Both the position numbers and the translations under genes were made by a program. Source: Lophium mytilinum (taxonomy: Eukaryota). Taken from it: 64,000 nucleotides of DNA. The stretch is taken from contig MU004182.1 of assembly GCA_010093605.1 (NCBI GenBank), positions 62,001-126,000 on the forward strand. Reading direction: 5' to 3'. Under the pieces are notes generated by a model. The model had not been told where the DNA came from. It saw only the letters and a list, made by a program, of their open reading frames with translations, and did not search any database. This document shows, in pieces, positions 1 to 12,700 of this stretch. The stretch's first letter is position 1. The number at the start of each line of letters is the position of its first letter.

Positions 1-2
1 TA

Positions 3-830
3 TACCACTCCGGAGCGACCATCTACCTCGCCGGCCGGTCCGTAGAGCGCCTCAACGAGGCCATCGAAATCATCACCTCGATTTCCCCGGCGCCAGAAAT
101 ACCTGCAGTGCTCAAACCCCTTCTTCTGGATCTCAACGACCTCGCAGCTGTAAAGACATCCGCTACTGCATTCGCGGCTCAGGAATCGAGGCTAGACGTC
201 CTATGGAACAACGCGGGGATCGGGGGCGCGCCGATAGGCACAACGACAAAGCAAGGGATCGAGGGACATATTGGGGTGAACTGCGTAGGACCACTTCTCT
301 TCACGCAATTGCTCTACCCACTCCTCCAGGCCGCCGCAAAATCTTCCGCCAAGGGTAGCGTGCGGGTCGTTTGGACCAGTTCACCAATCGTCGATATGGG
401 CGCGCCGAAAGGCGGGATTGACTTCAAATCGATTGACTCGGGCAAGACGATGAATTCAAACCGCGACTACTCATGCTCAAAGGTCGGGAATTGGTTCCTC
501 GCCGACGAGGGTGCGAAGCGATGGGGCAAAGACGGCATAGTGAGCGTGGTCGAGAACCCAGGGAATTTGAACACGAGCGCGTACAGGTATCAGTCGGGGT
601 TCATGATGTTTTTTGTGAAGCCCATACTGTCTGAGCCGAAGTTTGGGGGGTATACGATGCTTTATGCGGGGTTTACGGGGGATGTAGGGCTAGAAAGTAA
701 TGGGGCGTATATATGGCCCTTTGGGAGGAAGATTCGGAATGTGAGGGAGGACATTTACCAGGCGATTGAAGAAGGGAAGGCAAGCGAGTTTTGGGACTGG
801 TGTGAGAAGAAGTTCGAGGCGTATGTGTAA
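3..830 (+). CDS. Short-chain dehydrogenase/reductase (retinol-DH/WWOX-like), 5'-partial
   Basis: Frame is open from base 3 (YHSGATIYLAGRS...). Motifs LDLNDL, LDVLWNNAG, VRVVWTSS, catalytic YxxxK (YSCSK) and NPGNL. The Gly-rich N-terminus lies outside the window. Confidence 0.9.
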   Translation, partial: YHSGATIYLAGRSVERLNEAIEIITSISPAPEIPAVLKPLLLDLNDLAAVKTSATAFAAQESRLDVLWNNAGIGGAPIGTTTKQGIEGHIGVNCVGPLLFTQLLYPLLQAAAKSSAKGSVRVVWTSSPIVDMGAPKGGIDFKSIDSGKTMNSNRDYSCSKVGNWFLADEGAKRWGKDGIVSVVENPGNLNTSAYRYQSGFMMFFVKPILSEPKFGGYTMLYAGFTGDVGLESNGAYIWPFGRKIRNVREDIYQAIEEGKASEFWDWCEKKFEAYV

Positions 831-1029
831 TGCTAGGGAGCGCCTATTAGAGGAGGGGTGAAAAGTGGAAGGATTGTGAGCAGCGTCAAGTTCAGGTACT
901 AGTGATGAACTGTAGGCTTAGGAGCATTGAAACAACGTAGCCTACCGACATATTTAGACTAGCCTCTCAACCTAGAAGCCGCCCCACCATCAACATCATT
1001 CTTAACTTGAAGCCCAGCAGCCACCCGTC

Positions 1030-2238
1030 ATGGTTACCAAAGATTTCTTGTATGGTTCTGCTATTGATCGCGTACGGAGATGGTGGGATGGACGTGAACC
1101 TATGAGAGGCTTCCTACTCCATCACCAAGAGCCGGTCACGCAAATCCACAATATGTTGGTCTAACATGATACCCGCCAGGCTTACTTCTTCACCGTGTCT
1201 CTCTCGAGTTTCCTAGACCTGCTCGATAACCTCCCTCGGTTAGCGTCTCGAAAGCAATACAGCAATTACCTTGCTGAACGTGTTCTCGAAAATATATTGC
1301 CAGCAGAGCTACGTGTAGTAGTCGCAGATTTGCTCCAGCAGCAAGACACCGATGCTATCCTCGATGAGCAAAATGATGAATCAAAACATCCTGCCGGGTA
1401 CGCCAAGCTTTTCGACCTAATTCGTGGTTGGCGTTGGCCAGATAGAACTGCGTTTTGGAAATACAGTATCCCGGAGATAATGACCCTTAGGGGGGAGATC
1501 GCCGTAAGTCTCATATCTCCTCATCTTGTCGCTTCTTTAGTACCAAAAAAGGCCCATACTAGCACCTCTGTGTTCGCAATTGACTTGACTCGGTACTGTC
1601 GATAGAAATGAAGGGTTGTCTCGGCATTCGCTCGCTGGCATAGAACAAGAGAAAGGGCCCATTGCTGAATTATACCCTAAACAATGGTTTCGGAAAGATG
1701 TCGTATTCGTTGAGCTGTTGGTCCCGCGCAATGATCTTCTGGCACCAACTTCCTATATCGGCTGCTTCAGCAAGGTTTTGATTTCTGGTACTGGTTCCAT
1801 GCTCTTCTCCCTACAGTCTTGGACCCCGACGTAATTCCTGCCGAGAAACCTTGCGAATGTTCCCTATGCAAGAACGACTCCGCGGAAGAGTGGACGCGGC
1901 AGTTGAGCGACATTTCCAGTCCGCAGGACCCTGGGCTTGCTCCACTGCCGTACGCGCATCCAAACAGCATGGTACAGCAGCTCCATACGCTCCTGCGAAG
2001 TGTCGATGATGGCAGTCCGGCGGCCCATAAGTTTAGGAAGGTCATCCCAAAGCTGGAAGCACTTGGACTACATCTGGTCGCACAGAAGGACTTCGATCTG
2101 GACAAGCCATGGATCATTGAGATATGCACAGTCTTCCAATACTCGCCAACAAAAGAGTTCATAGGCCTCAAGACATGGGATGATGACTACTGGACACCAC
2201 GTTGCACAGAGATCTTCGATGAAACGATGATGGCTTGA
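1030..2238 (+). pseudogene. Hypothetical protein gene, apparently frameshifted/degenerate
   Basis: ATG at 1030; a GT..CTAAC..CAG intron at 1135-1179 joins in frame to ORF 1195-1605. Coding-like ORFs 1616-1834 and 1819-2238 follow in other frames, and I could not join them with convincing introns. Confidence 0.35.
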
Positions 2239-2371
2239 ATCAACAACGAGTCCACTGAGTAGCGCGTAATAGTGCTACACCTACACCGACTGGCTGTAGT
2301 CTCGGTCTCCGCTCCTCTGCTTGTCCAAGTTCTGTTTTCAGAAAGTCTCTCGACGGTGTACTAGATATATG

Positions 2372-5222
2372 TTAGGCATCCAAATTGATAACCAAAGTTG
2401 ACATCTTCGTACAATGTTTGCAAATTTTCCTCGACATAATTCCGTTCCGAGGGCGCAGTCCGAAGATAGAGCTCTCAACTTCTTGCTCTTCATCCCAGTG
2501 AGGGTCTTCAATTGGTCTCAACTGACACTGCGATTGTTGCTCGTCTTCGTCGTCTTCGTGCCGAGGTATCAGAATCGGTTTCTGGCAACGTCTTCGCCGA
2601 AGGATAAAGCGGTGAAAAAACCATCGCAGTTCTTTTAAGCCGTGCATAGCGTGCTTTGCAACCGATATACGGAATACATCGTCGAGCTGTTCGAGCGTGA
2701 GGTTTTTAGTTTCTGGTACAAGCTTGTCAAGAGATCAGTACGTATTCATTGGTAGATAGCAATATCCACGGAGGCGAGAAGAAACCATTGTTATAAAGGA
2801 AGAGACTCACGAGCAAGATCATCCACCAACCGATTATGCACCAAGCTGCATACCATGCAAAAGCTCCACTCGGATGGAAAGCAGTCTCAAAGCTTGGCCA
2901 GGTAATGCCAAGAAGAAAGTTGAAGAACCAGTTCACAGAAGTTACTATACCCATACCTGGCAAAATTTGTTAGTGAGAAACCATTGACCACCTTAAAACT
3001 GTCTGGCATACCAAAGTCGCGATTGTATAATGGCATACTCTCAGCAGAGTAAACCTAAATCTTGTCAACCAAAATACACATGCACATGAGACGAATCGGG
3101 CATCATACAAACGGCACAGGGCCCTCCCCAGGAGAATACGCCACCGAGAAAAGATACATCCCAGTCAATGTCAAGACCGTCCGAGCAGTGCCCTTGAATA
3201 AGAACCCGACGGCGATGAACACCTGGAATAGCGCCATGAACGGGAACGTGGCTAGTAGAAGACTCCGCCGTCCAAAGCTATCAATAGTCCACACAGCCGG
3301 TAATGCAAAGACAAAGTTTATGACTCCAAACCCCATAGACGCCTAAGTTATTGTCAATTTTCCCTGATATTGTCCGATATTAGAGAAGGACCAACCAAGA
3401 GGGCATTCTGAGCGCTAAATCCTGCAGTCAAGAGTACGGAGCTGGAGTAGAAAGCCATCACGTTCACGCCGCATTGCTGGAACAATTAGCTCACATTCCC
3501 CTGAAGTAGACAAGCCAGTAGATCGCGAGGCACAGTTCTGGCGTACCTGTTGAAGAAACATTGTGATCACACTAGCTGTCAGTGCTCTTCTATTTCTACC
3601 GATGGTGAAGAGTTCGCGGAACGGACTCCGCCGTTTCCCTGCCCTCGACTTGTTTGTAATCTCGGCTTGACGGAGGAGAAGGTGATGGATGGCGAAGAGA
3701 TCCCTTGCAGCTTGCAATTTGGTGTGTCGGAGTTTGCATAATGCAAGAAAAGCTTCCTCGTATTTCTTCTTGTTTCCATTATGCGCCTTTTGAATCAGCC
3801 ATCGCGGAGACTCTGGGACAGTATAGATATACTGCGCCACTAGCAGAGGCAGTATCATCTGTGAAAGTAAGCAGAGAACGGCCAATGATCTTGGGGTATG
3901 CTCCGAATGCTCGGCTTACTGGACTGGAAAGCATCATTCTCCAAGAGAGGCTCTGTATCGTATGGATATAGTTAGTATAGGTAGACAAGCTTGTGATTGT
4001 ACCCTTCGGCACCGCCACTGCTGCGCGAGGTATCACCGCAAAAAAATTTGCGTTCAGATTTCCCGCACAGATTATCGGAGGTGAACTTACGCATCTTGCG
4101 CTTAACAGCGTCTGCTGCGTATCTGCCAACGAAGAAGAGTCCCGAAGATGTGCGAAAGAGCAAGACTCATTATTTGAATCCCGCATGTATTGGAGGATGA
4201 CACTGGCGGCGTAACCACACATGAGGCCTGACACTCGGAGATCAGCATTGACTCCGACTCATGAATGTTACACTCACCAAATGCAGTCCACATTTGCCAC
4301 ATCATTACAAGAGCGCCTCTGACATTAGCGGGCGCGCACTCAGCCGCATATATGGGAATAGTGGCACTGTGACTATCAGTTTCGAGGTTCGAAATAGCTT
4401 GTGTGGGGTTCACGGAAGCGCAAACCTTTTTGGGCCGATTGCTAGCCCTAGGAGAAGTCTTGCCACGAACAATTGCTGCCAAGTTTGAGGGAACGCTTGC
4501 CCCAAACAAGCAATGACGGATATCAGGCAGGTCAATGCAATGACACCTCGCCTAGCAAGAAAGCGATTCAGTGGGTAATTGAGCCTAGATAACGTAAGCA
4601 TAGGCTCTGAGTTTCCACTCAACAGGAAATTTAGTGAGCGTAACATGATTTTTGATTCTTGGGCACGTTGCAAATATAAAAGAAAGCGTTGAGAGATTTG
4701 TAGAAAAGACCAAATGCTGGAAATAAACCACGTAGAGTCTTACCAACATGAGAGAGTACAGCAAAGATAGGGCGCGCTATTTGTTAGGCCTCTGTAACCA
4801 TTGTTTTGCGCACCGTCGATTCCGTAGGCATACTGATACTGGATTTGAGCTCCATTCACAGCCGTCTCATCCCAGCCCTGGACTGCAGCACCGAGCGAGC
4901 AAAGTATGACGACTGCCCAAAGCCTGAAAGGCTGCTTGAATTTGTCAATCCGTCTCGGACTTTGTTCGAGCTCCAGTCGAGCTCTTTCATCCGGGGTCAA
5001 AGTCAATCCATCGTGGCGAGGCTTGTCTTTGGGGAACGCATTTCGGTCTTGGGCGAGAAAAGACCCTCGGCGAATATGGCTAGCATAGTCTGCTAATCCA
5101 GAGAGCTTGATGAATTCGTTGGCTTCCAGGTTCATCTTGTTTTGATCCCATCCAAAGAACGGCACGGACATGTACTGATCGGCTGGGCCATCCCTAGAGT
5201 TGGCAACTTTAGGCTCGGCCAT
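2372..5222 (-). CDS. MFS sugar porter (myo-inositol transporter-like), multi-exon
   Basis: Exons give [76 protein letters not shown] and VNWFFNF, separated by canonical GT-AG introns. The 3' end is approximate. Confidence 0.9.
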
Positions 5223-5780
5223 GGTGGCGTAGGAATCAAATAAAAGGAAGTGAGATATAACCATCTGTCTCGTACACGAGACAGAGCCGATCGATGACTT
5301 AATATTGAGCCAGAGGAAGGGAGGATGTCTGCAAGAAACGTAGGAGGCTTAATAGACCGGACATTGTACGCTGGTAATTGACGTACGAGATGCAATAGGC
5401 AAACCCCATCTATCCAATTAATGGCCTTGTATAGAAACCGGTGAGGCAGTGCAAGCGATGAGGGAACACGGCTGAGCTAAAGAAGGCTCTCAGGCAGAAA
5501 CGGCCCCCGCACTTCGCAGATTGAGCGTTCCGCAGTGCAGTAGCGTTGCATAAGAGGCAGAAGGATCGGCGCGATAGGGTGGCTCAGTCGCATGAAGGCT
5601 GCTTGTGCCGTCGACGACGACATGGCCATACATCATCGCGCGTTCGGGGAGCTGTATGAGCTTTCTTGAGCAGGCAGGACAGCCAGGTGCCCCATTTCTG
5701 GTGTGCAAAACTCCAACTTTCATTACAAGTCTTCTCTTGATCCGGGTTCGATGATAGAATGATGTGAATTAGTGTCTGTG

Positions 5781-8700
5781 ATGGCGAAGAGTCGTGAAGA
5801 AGCAGAGATGGCGCCGAGTGGCGGGGACCAAGTGGAATCTCGCCTCAACGAACTAATCGTGCCAGAGCAAACCATCGACAACGCTGGCTTCGATCAAATC
5901 AACACACTTCTCAATGCATCTCCACAGCTCTCAAAATGGCACGGCTGCCCGAGGGTCTTTTCGCTGCTACGAATGGCGGGATGCGCTCAGGACGACAACA
6001 TTGCCGCAGCCTTCATCTCAGAAGGTGTCAATGACCAGTGCATTCCATTATCCGAGAAATACCTTCCTATAGCCATCAAAACGGACCCAGAGCTGGTTGA
6101 CCGCGTGCTGAAGTACCAGCCATTTGTTCTTACGAGGCTTGGGACTGCTGATTCTTTCCACGGCTCCAGCTTTGTCCTCGGAGAAAGCACTGGCCATAGG
6201 CACATTGAGGATGGCCGACTGTTCTTCGATCAACTGAAGCTCCTTGGGAATGGTGCATCGGCGCAGGTCCATCGTGTTGAGCACAAAGACTCCAAAGTCC
6301 ACTTTGCTAGAAAGAGGATTGAAAGAGGAGGTAACTTGAAAGAGCAACGATCGCAGCTCAAAGAGTTTGAACAGGAATTAGATACGCTTCGAAGACTACA
6401 TCACCGACATCTCGTCCGTTGCTACGGTAGCTACACCGATAGAGCTAGCTTCGCTCTACTGATATGGCCTATTGCCGATCATGATGCTCAGAAACCACTA
6501 CACGAGCAGGTTCCTGCTCAGCTCACAGTTACAGACCGGGACAACCTACGCCGCGCTTTTGGATGTCTGACGAGCGGCGTAGTATACGTACACAAGAACA
6601 ATACGCGTCACAAAGATATAAAGCCCGGCAATATCCTTGTCAGCAACAACTCGGTGTTTTTGTGCGATTTCGGAGTTTCTATGGCTTGGTCTACAGAAGG
6701 CCATAGCACGACCGAGGATAAAGTTTTCAAACACACAGAGAAATACAGCCCTCGCGAAGTTGCGGATGCAGAGCCACGGAATACCGCTGCTGACATATGG
6801 TCTCTTGGATGCGTTTTCTTGGAGATGATCACTGTTATCAAGGGCATTTCTGTGAAAGACATGGAGGCCTTTCTTCTTCAGCGCTGTGATCACTTCAAAA
6901 CTTACTGGCATGTGACAGACGACATACCCGCCTGGCTAGACTATCTGGAGTCTATGACCAATACCTATGCCGACCACGATGAAAACGATGATGCCCCTCT
7001 GGAGTGGGTAAGACTCATGGTAAGTTGATTGCACTTACATTCACATTTGTAGGGAGTGTGCGCAACCATCGCTCGTCAGCTTCCTATTATACCACCACTG
7101 CAATGCGTTAAACGGCAGATCTAATGAACCTTCTTTTAGCTCCTAGATGATCCCAAGAAACGTATCAAAGCTGAGGAGCTTCTCCGACGCATCTCAGATG
7201 CATCTAAAAGATCACCAGATTCTACTCGTTATATCGGCGATCGGTGCAAAACTGAGCTGGAAACTTCAAGAACAGAAGCCAATCAACCTGTAGAGGAGGC
7301 GAGATCAAGACCACAGCATCAAGAACTAGTTCACTTAACCATCCAAAGGGTATACTTGTCTCCAAATCAGCTTTGACATGTCTCTAATCTTTAGCTAGAG
7401 ACAGCGTCCGCCAACCTCTTTACCGGCCTCTCGCAGTAGGTATAGAAGCCCAAGTCCACTGCAGAACCAATATCGACCGGAAGACTCGTCCCCCGCTTCT
7501 TTGGACAGTGCTCAGGACCAACCGCCGACCCTAAAAGCGGACAATGAAGCCATCCCAGCTACCCGCACTGACAGCCAGGGCGAGAGCGTTTTATCGCTTC
7601 CTATCAGCCGCGACGCGAAAGACGCCAGTGTCCTATCTACGACGAGCAAATTGGACAACGCCGAAACGTCCTCCGAAAACCCACACGAAGGCGAAACATG
7701 CGTATTTTCCGCTGAGCACTCCACCTTCGAAGTAGTCACAAGAGGCCAATCCATCTCCACTCAACGTGTCCGAAGCGAAAACAACAAGCTAGTAGAACTC
7801 TACCATACCAGTCCAGAGAACTTCTGGGAAACCACGCGAAAGCTGATCGTAACGGAGCCAGACACTGACGCCCACCACTGCCGCCAAAGCTCGTTCTGGC
7901 TCCCACTGGCCAACATCCGTTTCTTTGATGAGCAAGACCGCATCACTCTGTGCTGGTCTGACTGCAACTGGGTCCAGAGAAAGAATGGCGGAGATTGGGG
8001 CGACGCTTACGATCGCGGCTACGACCCTACGCAAGTGAACAACGAGATAGCGATTCGTTTTATGACTACCGCTGATGCGAGTTCCTTTGCCGGTTACTTT
8101 AAAACCCTCGTGGAGGATCACCACGTACGACCTCGAGGGTCTCCCGTGCTGGTTGCACCGTCCCAGCAGGCGCTCATCTACGACATATTCAACCAGAACG
8201 GCGGTACTGTGGAGTATAGGGCCATCCTCACCATAGCGCAGTCCCCAACCGGCCTTTGCTCTACAAAAATATACTTTGCCTGGCGGGACGTAGATCTCCG
8301 GCTATCATCAGAGCAAAACCACACCGCACTCCTCCTCTCAGAGCTCCGCTCTCCATTCTACAAATCAGACACACTAGGCCGCCGCGTCAAGGAAGAAGAC
8401 CTCCCCGAAGGCTCGTGCGATAAATGCATCCTCCGAGAGTCTCGCGCTCAGCTCGACTTTGCGCCGGAATCATCTCAAGCCCCCTTCGCATCTATGACTA
8501 CATTTCTGACTGCGCTCACGGGGTGGAGACTCCTATCCATCGCAGCCGCATCTGTGATAAAAGCAAAGAAATACGGCCGGATGAAGAGGTACGGCAGCGC
8601 CGATGTGCTGGTGTGGGCAAAGACAGATAACCACCAGGTCGTTGGCCGGATCACGATCCGGCTTAGAGACGAGCAACGGCGGCACTGGCTTACGGGCTCA

Positions 8701-9146
8701 CGTAGGTTCCCTTACCCGCAGTGAAGACGTCAGCACACTAATGGGACAAACCGATGGTTTACAGTACCTCAAACCTGTACCACCAGCCACCCATCGCCCA
8801 GAAGCCTCCTCACCACCATCACCGCCAAGAGTCGAGGCGATCTCCTCGACATCAGCGAGATGAGCGCTACAGACCCGGTGCCTGTCAACAAATCGACGCG
8901 GCAGCGCAGCCATGGGAAACCGCCGAATCTCCTGTCGGGGAGAAACTCTAAGCTTCTCAAATTGCGCTTTTCGTCGAGTGGAGGTGAGTTGTTCCTGTCC
9001 AATACCTTCGCGACTTTTCTTCATTTTCAGTGGACGGATTGCTCATAGTCATAGAACGAGACGCAATCTCCGACTCTATCCAAACCTACCTAGACGAACG
9101 CAAGGAGGAGGAAGCGACAGCGGGTCTTCGTCCGCCCGTAGATTAG
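5781..9146 (+). CDS. Ser/Thr protein kinase with long C-terminal extension of unknown function, multi-exon
   Basis: LGNGASAQV glycine loop, FARK lysine, HKDIKPGN catalytic loop, DFG and DIWSLGC. Intron 7020-7139 restores ML..DPKKR. Further introns at ~7350-7395, 8702-8765 and ~8983-9053 join ORF 7501-8724 to a stop at 9146. Confidence 0.85.
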
Positions 9147-9458
9147 GAGTCGATGATCGGAAATGAAGCACGATTGAACGACAAATCATGAATTTGGGAC
9201 TTCCGATTATTAGCCAGGCGTCACGAGCGAGTGCGAAAAATTGAAGAGCGGAATAAGTGTTCAAAGATCATATCCACATGTCAGCGTGCCATCGTATCTA
9301 CATCCATCCATTCCATCCATCAATCCGATCCAGTCCGATTACGATATCGCCATTCCTTCCCAAACATCCCCCAAAGGCAAAAAATGCGGGCCTGAGCCAG
9401 AACCTCTGTGTAAATGCCGGCGCTATGCAAGTATGCAAGCCTCAAAAAGCCGTCCCAA

Positions 9459-9480
9459 TGATATGATATGATATGATGAT
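9459..9480 (+). repeat. Short (GATAT)n microsatellite between convergent genes
   Basis: tgatatgatatgatatgatgat read directly. Confidence 0.6.
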
Positions 9481-9722
9481 AAAGCCAGCTTCCACAAGAA
9501 GAAGCGGCCGTGAGAGACATATATGCGTGAAAACGAAAGGATATAGTGATCGCTAAAACGCAGCAGAAAACGAAAGTTCGCTAATCGCCGATGAAAAAAA
9601 CCGATACCCAAAGACCAATATGCAAATGGTGGTGAGTCCCGCTCGAGAAGCGAAACATGTAATATACCTCCTCTTCCTCTTTCTTCTTCATTAATAGGCG
9701 GGAGTGGTGAGCGTCATCATCA

Positions 9723-12700
9723 TCACACACTGACAGTTCGTCGAACCCCAACGACAGGCTTCTGCGCATACCCAATCAGCAGCCTAAAGCTCGTCCCGCG
9801 CTTCTCACACTCCCGGATCAGCGCCTCGTCGGTCCAGATACTGCTCTCCAACGCCTTTGCTGGCTCGGCATCGGTCGGCAACACGGCAGCCTCGTAGCAG
9901 CGGCTATACCACCACCTGCCCACCCTCGCAACCATCTCCGCGATGCCATCATCCACCGAAGACGCCTTGGCAGGATCAGAAGGCGACGGCGAATTGAGGA
10001 GGTCAGAAAACGACAGTTTCTGCGCCGCAGTCTTGTCAGAATCCGTAGCAGTGCTGGTGCTGCCATCGCTGTTGAGAGTCGCGTTCGCGGTAGGCAAGTG
10101 GCCCGCGACAGGAACGCCGACGAAGCATCTCGTTACTCCGCTGAATCCGCGGCGGCCCAATAGGCCCATGACCTCATCGCTCACGTTGCGCAGGCTGATG
10201 TTCTCCTCGGTGGCTTGCAGGCGGACTTTCAATCCCCGCACGGCCCGGCGGGCTCGGTTGCCCATGTTCACGAGGTCGAGGTCAAGGACCGAGATCTCGA
10301 GATATCCGCCAGGGCGGAGCACGCGCTTGCACTCGGAGACAATGGAGCGGTGGACTGAGGATGGCAAGGCGGCGGGGAAGCGCAGGACAACCGTTGCGAA
10401 GAAGCCTCTTGGGAAAGGGAACGGGTGGACAAGCGAGGGATGGGCAATGTGGCGGTGGTTGGGGAGAGTAGACCAGGGTTCGCCTGTGGAGGTGTTGGCG
10501 TTCGTGCTAGACACGCCCGGGCCAAGGTTGTAGACTGTGGCTTCGGGGTATGTGAGAGCGCAGTAGTAGGACCAATCCTTCCCAAGGCCATCGATTACCA
10601 ACACGCGGTCTTCTGCTGGATCTTTGAGTTCGAAATGAGCAGGGCTGAATAAAACGCGCCCGAAACTGAGCCATTTGCTTGTCATCAGGGCGCCAAACCT
10701 GAGGTTCGCCATCGAAACAAGTCCGTCGTTCTGAGCTTCCGCCATCTCGATCAGCCGAGTGTCTCTGTACCTGTTAACCGCGCTAGAGTTGCTATTGCGG
10801 CTCTTGTCAGAAGTCGACGCCAGCGTAGCCTTGGACTGGCGTGCACTGAGGCTGAGTGACGCAGGGAGACTCGAGCGAGTGGAGCTAGGGCGGTTCTGGG
10901 GGCCGGATCCAGACGACATGCGGGCACTGGAGAGGCTGAGGCGGCCGGTCACAGGGTCAATGACGCTTAGGTTGCGTTCACCGTAGCCGGCGAAGAATTC
11001 AGACATAGAGAGAGGCGTAGTAGGCGTTTGGGCAGAGTGGAGAACAGCTAGAAGGCGAGAGCGGCGAAGATGTAGCGAGGTCGTTGCGGGACCTGTGGAC
11101 GAGCCACCAGAGTTAGAAGTACCGTGTGTCCGCTTTGGCTTGGTGCTTAGGGTCAGTGGACCTGGAGGTGGCTGACGATTCGACCTTCCCTCGTTTGCTG
11201 CGAGGCCGTTGGACTGATACGATGTGGCTTTCTTTGAGTCCGTTGGAGAGAGAACTTGATCAATGAGGTCATCATACTCATTCCATAGCTCGTCCTCGGA
11301 GAGCGGCGCAGTTGGATCAGGAATAACAGCAGTTCCAGTAGTTGGCGGGAAGCTCCAGATACCCGAGCTGCTGGAGTACGACAGCTCCGAATCTTTTCGA
11401 GGTGGAAACTTGAAAAACTCGCTAACATTGGAGTCGTGGCGATCAGGGCTGATCCCAGCAATTGCAGATCCATGGTTGAGGGCATTGAGTCCCTGGAGGA
11501 CAGGGAACGACTCTATTGGTCCAGAGGTAGCGAGTACAGAGTTTGTGGAATCAATCGAAGTCCGAACGGGAATAGAGGGATGAGGCTGATCAGGAACAAA
11601 CGGCCTCGAAAAGGAAACCGACGGCGGCTTTCGATCTCGGTCTCTTCTTGACACAACTTGTGGAATACGTCCAACTTGAGCAAGCCGACTCGGCCTCGGA
11701 GGAGGAAACGATGGTGGGGGTGCCGGCGGAGAATAGGCCTGTGGAGCAAAACACTTTGGTGGGACTAAAGTCTCCGGTGGAGACAAAGGTCGTGGTATTT
11801 CCCTTTCTGGAAGCTGCTCCTGGGGAGGTGAAATGGGTAGGTTGGGAATATGGTTGAAGAAATTATTATTAGGCGACGCGTGATGCTCGGCATGCTGTTC
11901 TCGTCGCAATGTAACTTGGGGTGAGGCAGGTCTAGTTGGTCGTGCAAACTCGGAAGGGAATGCGGGCGGCGAAGGGAGCAGCATTGACTCAACATGTCCC
12001 TTGCCAGGACGCTGTTGAGATTGCTGAGCGGGCTTTTGATCCTCAAAAGTGGACTGCTCCTCTGGAGTACTGTCAGCCTCTTGCATAATCTGCTCCAAAT
12101 CTTCCAGGTGCATCCCGTTGGGGGGGTCCATGAGCGCGTAGTGAGCGACGGAGCGCGATGTGGTAGGTCTAGGCACAGGAGCGCTTTCTACGACGGGCGA
12201 ATCGGCCTTAGGTGCAGCGTGAGCTCTCTGGAAGAAGTTCCATTTCCTGGTCGGCTTCGCTGCGGGGGCAGCCTTCTTCGACTTGAGCCAGTTGCCCTCC
12301 TTGCCTTCGGAAACATCGTCCACTCCGGCACGGGACTTGTTGGAGGCAATGGACTGCTTCCCAGATACTGCACTATCAAGACCCTTCATAGACTTGTTAT
12401 CTGAAGTATTGACTGGGGAAGGGACTTTGGCAAGTGCTCCTCCTTCCATAAATTGTGATCTCCGCGACGTGCGACGAGCAGCAAGAGATGGAAGGAAAGA
12501 ACGCTTCGATTCATCGTCGCTTGCCGAAGACCTGCGCGAGGTCATCGGTGGTCTCTTCATTGGCGACCCGGTGCGAACTGGATCAGACATGGCTGAAGGA
12601 AGCAATGTCGGCTTGCTAGCTTCGACACCGTTTCGTGTAGACGAGACTGGCTTTTGAGTATTGGGGCCAATTCTCATCTCGATGCTTGGTCGATCGGTCT

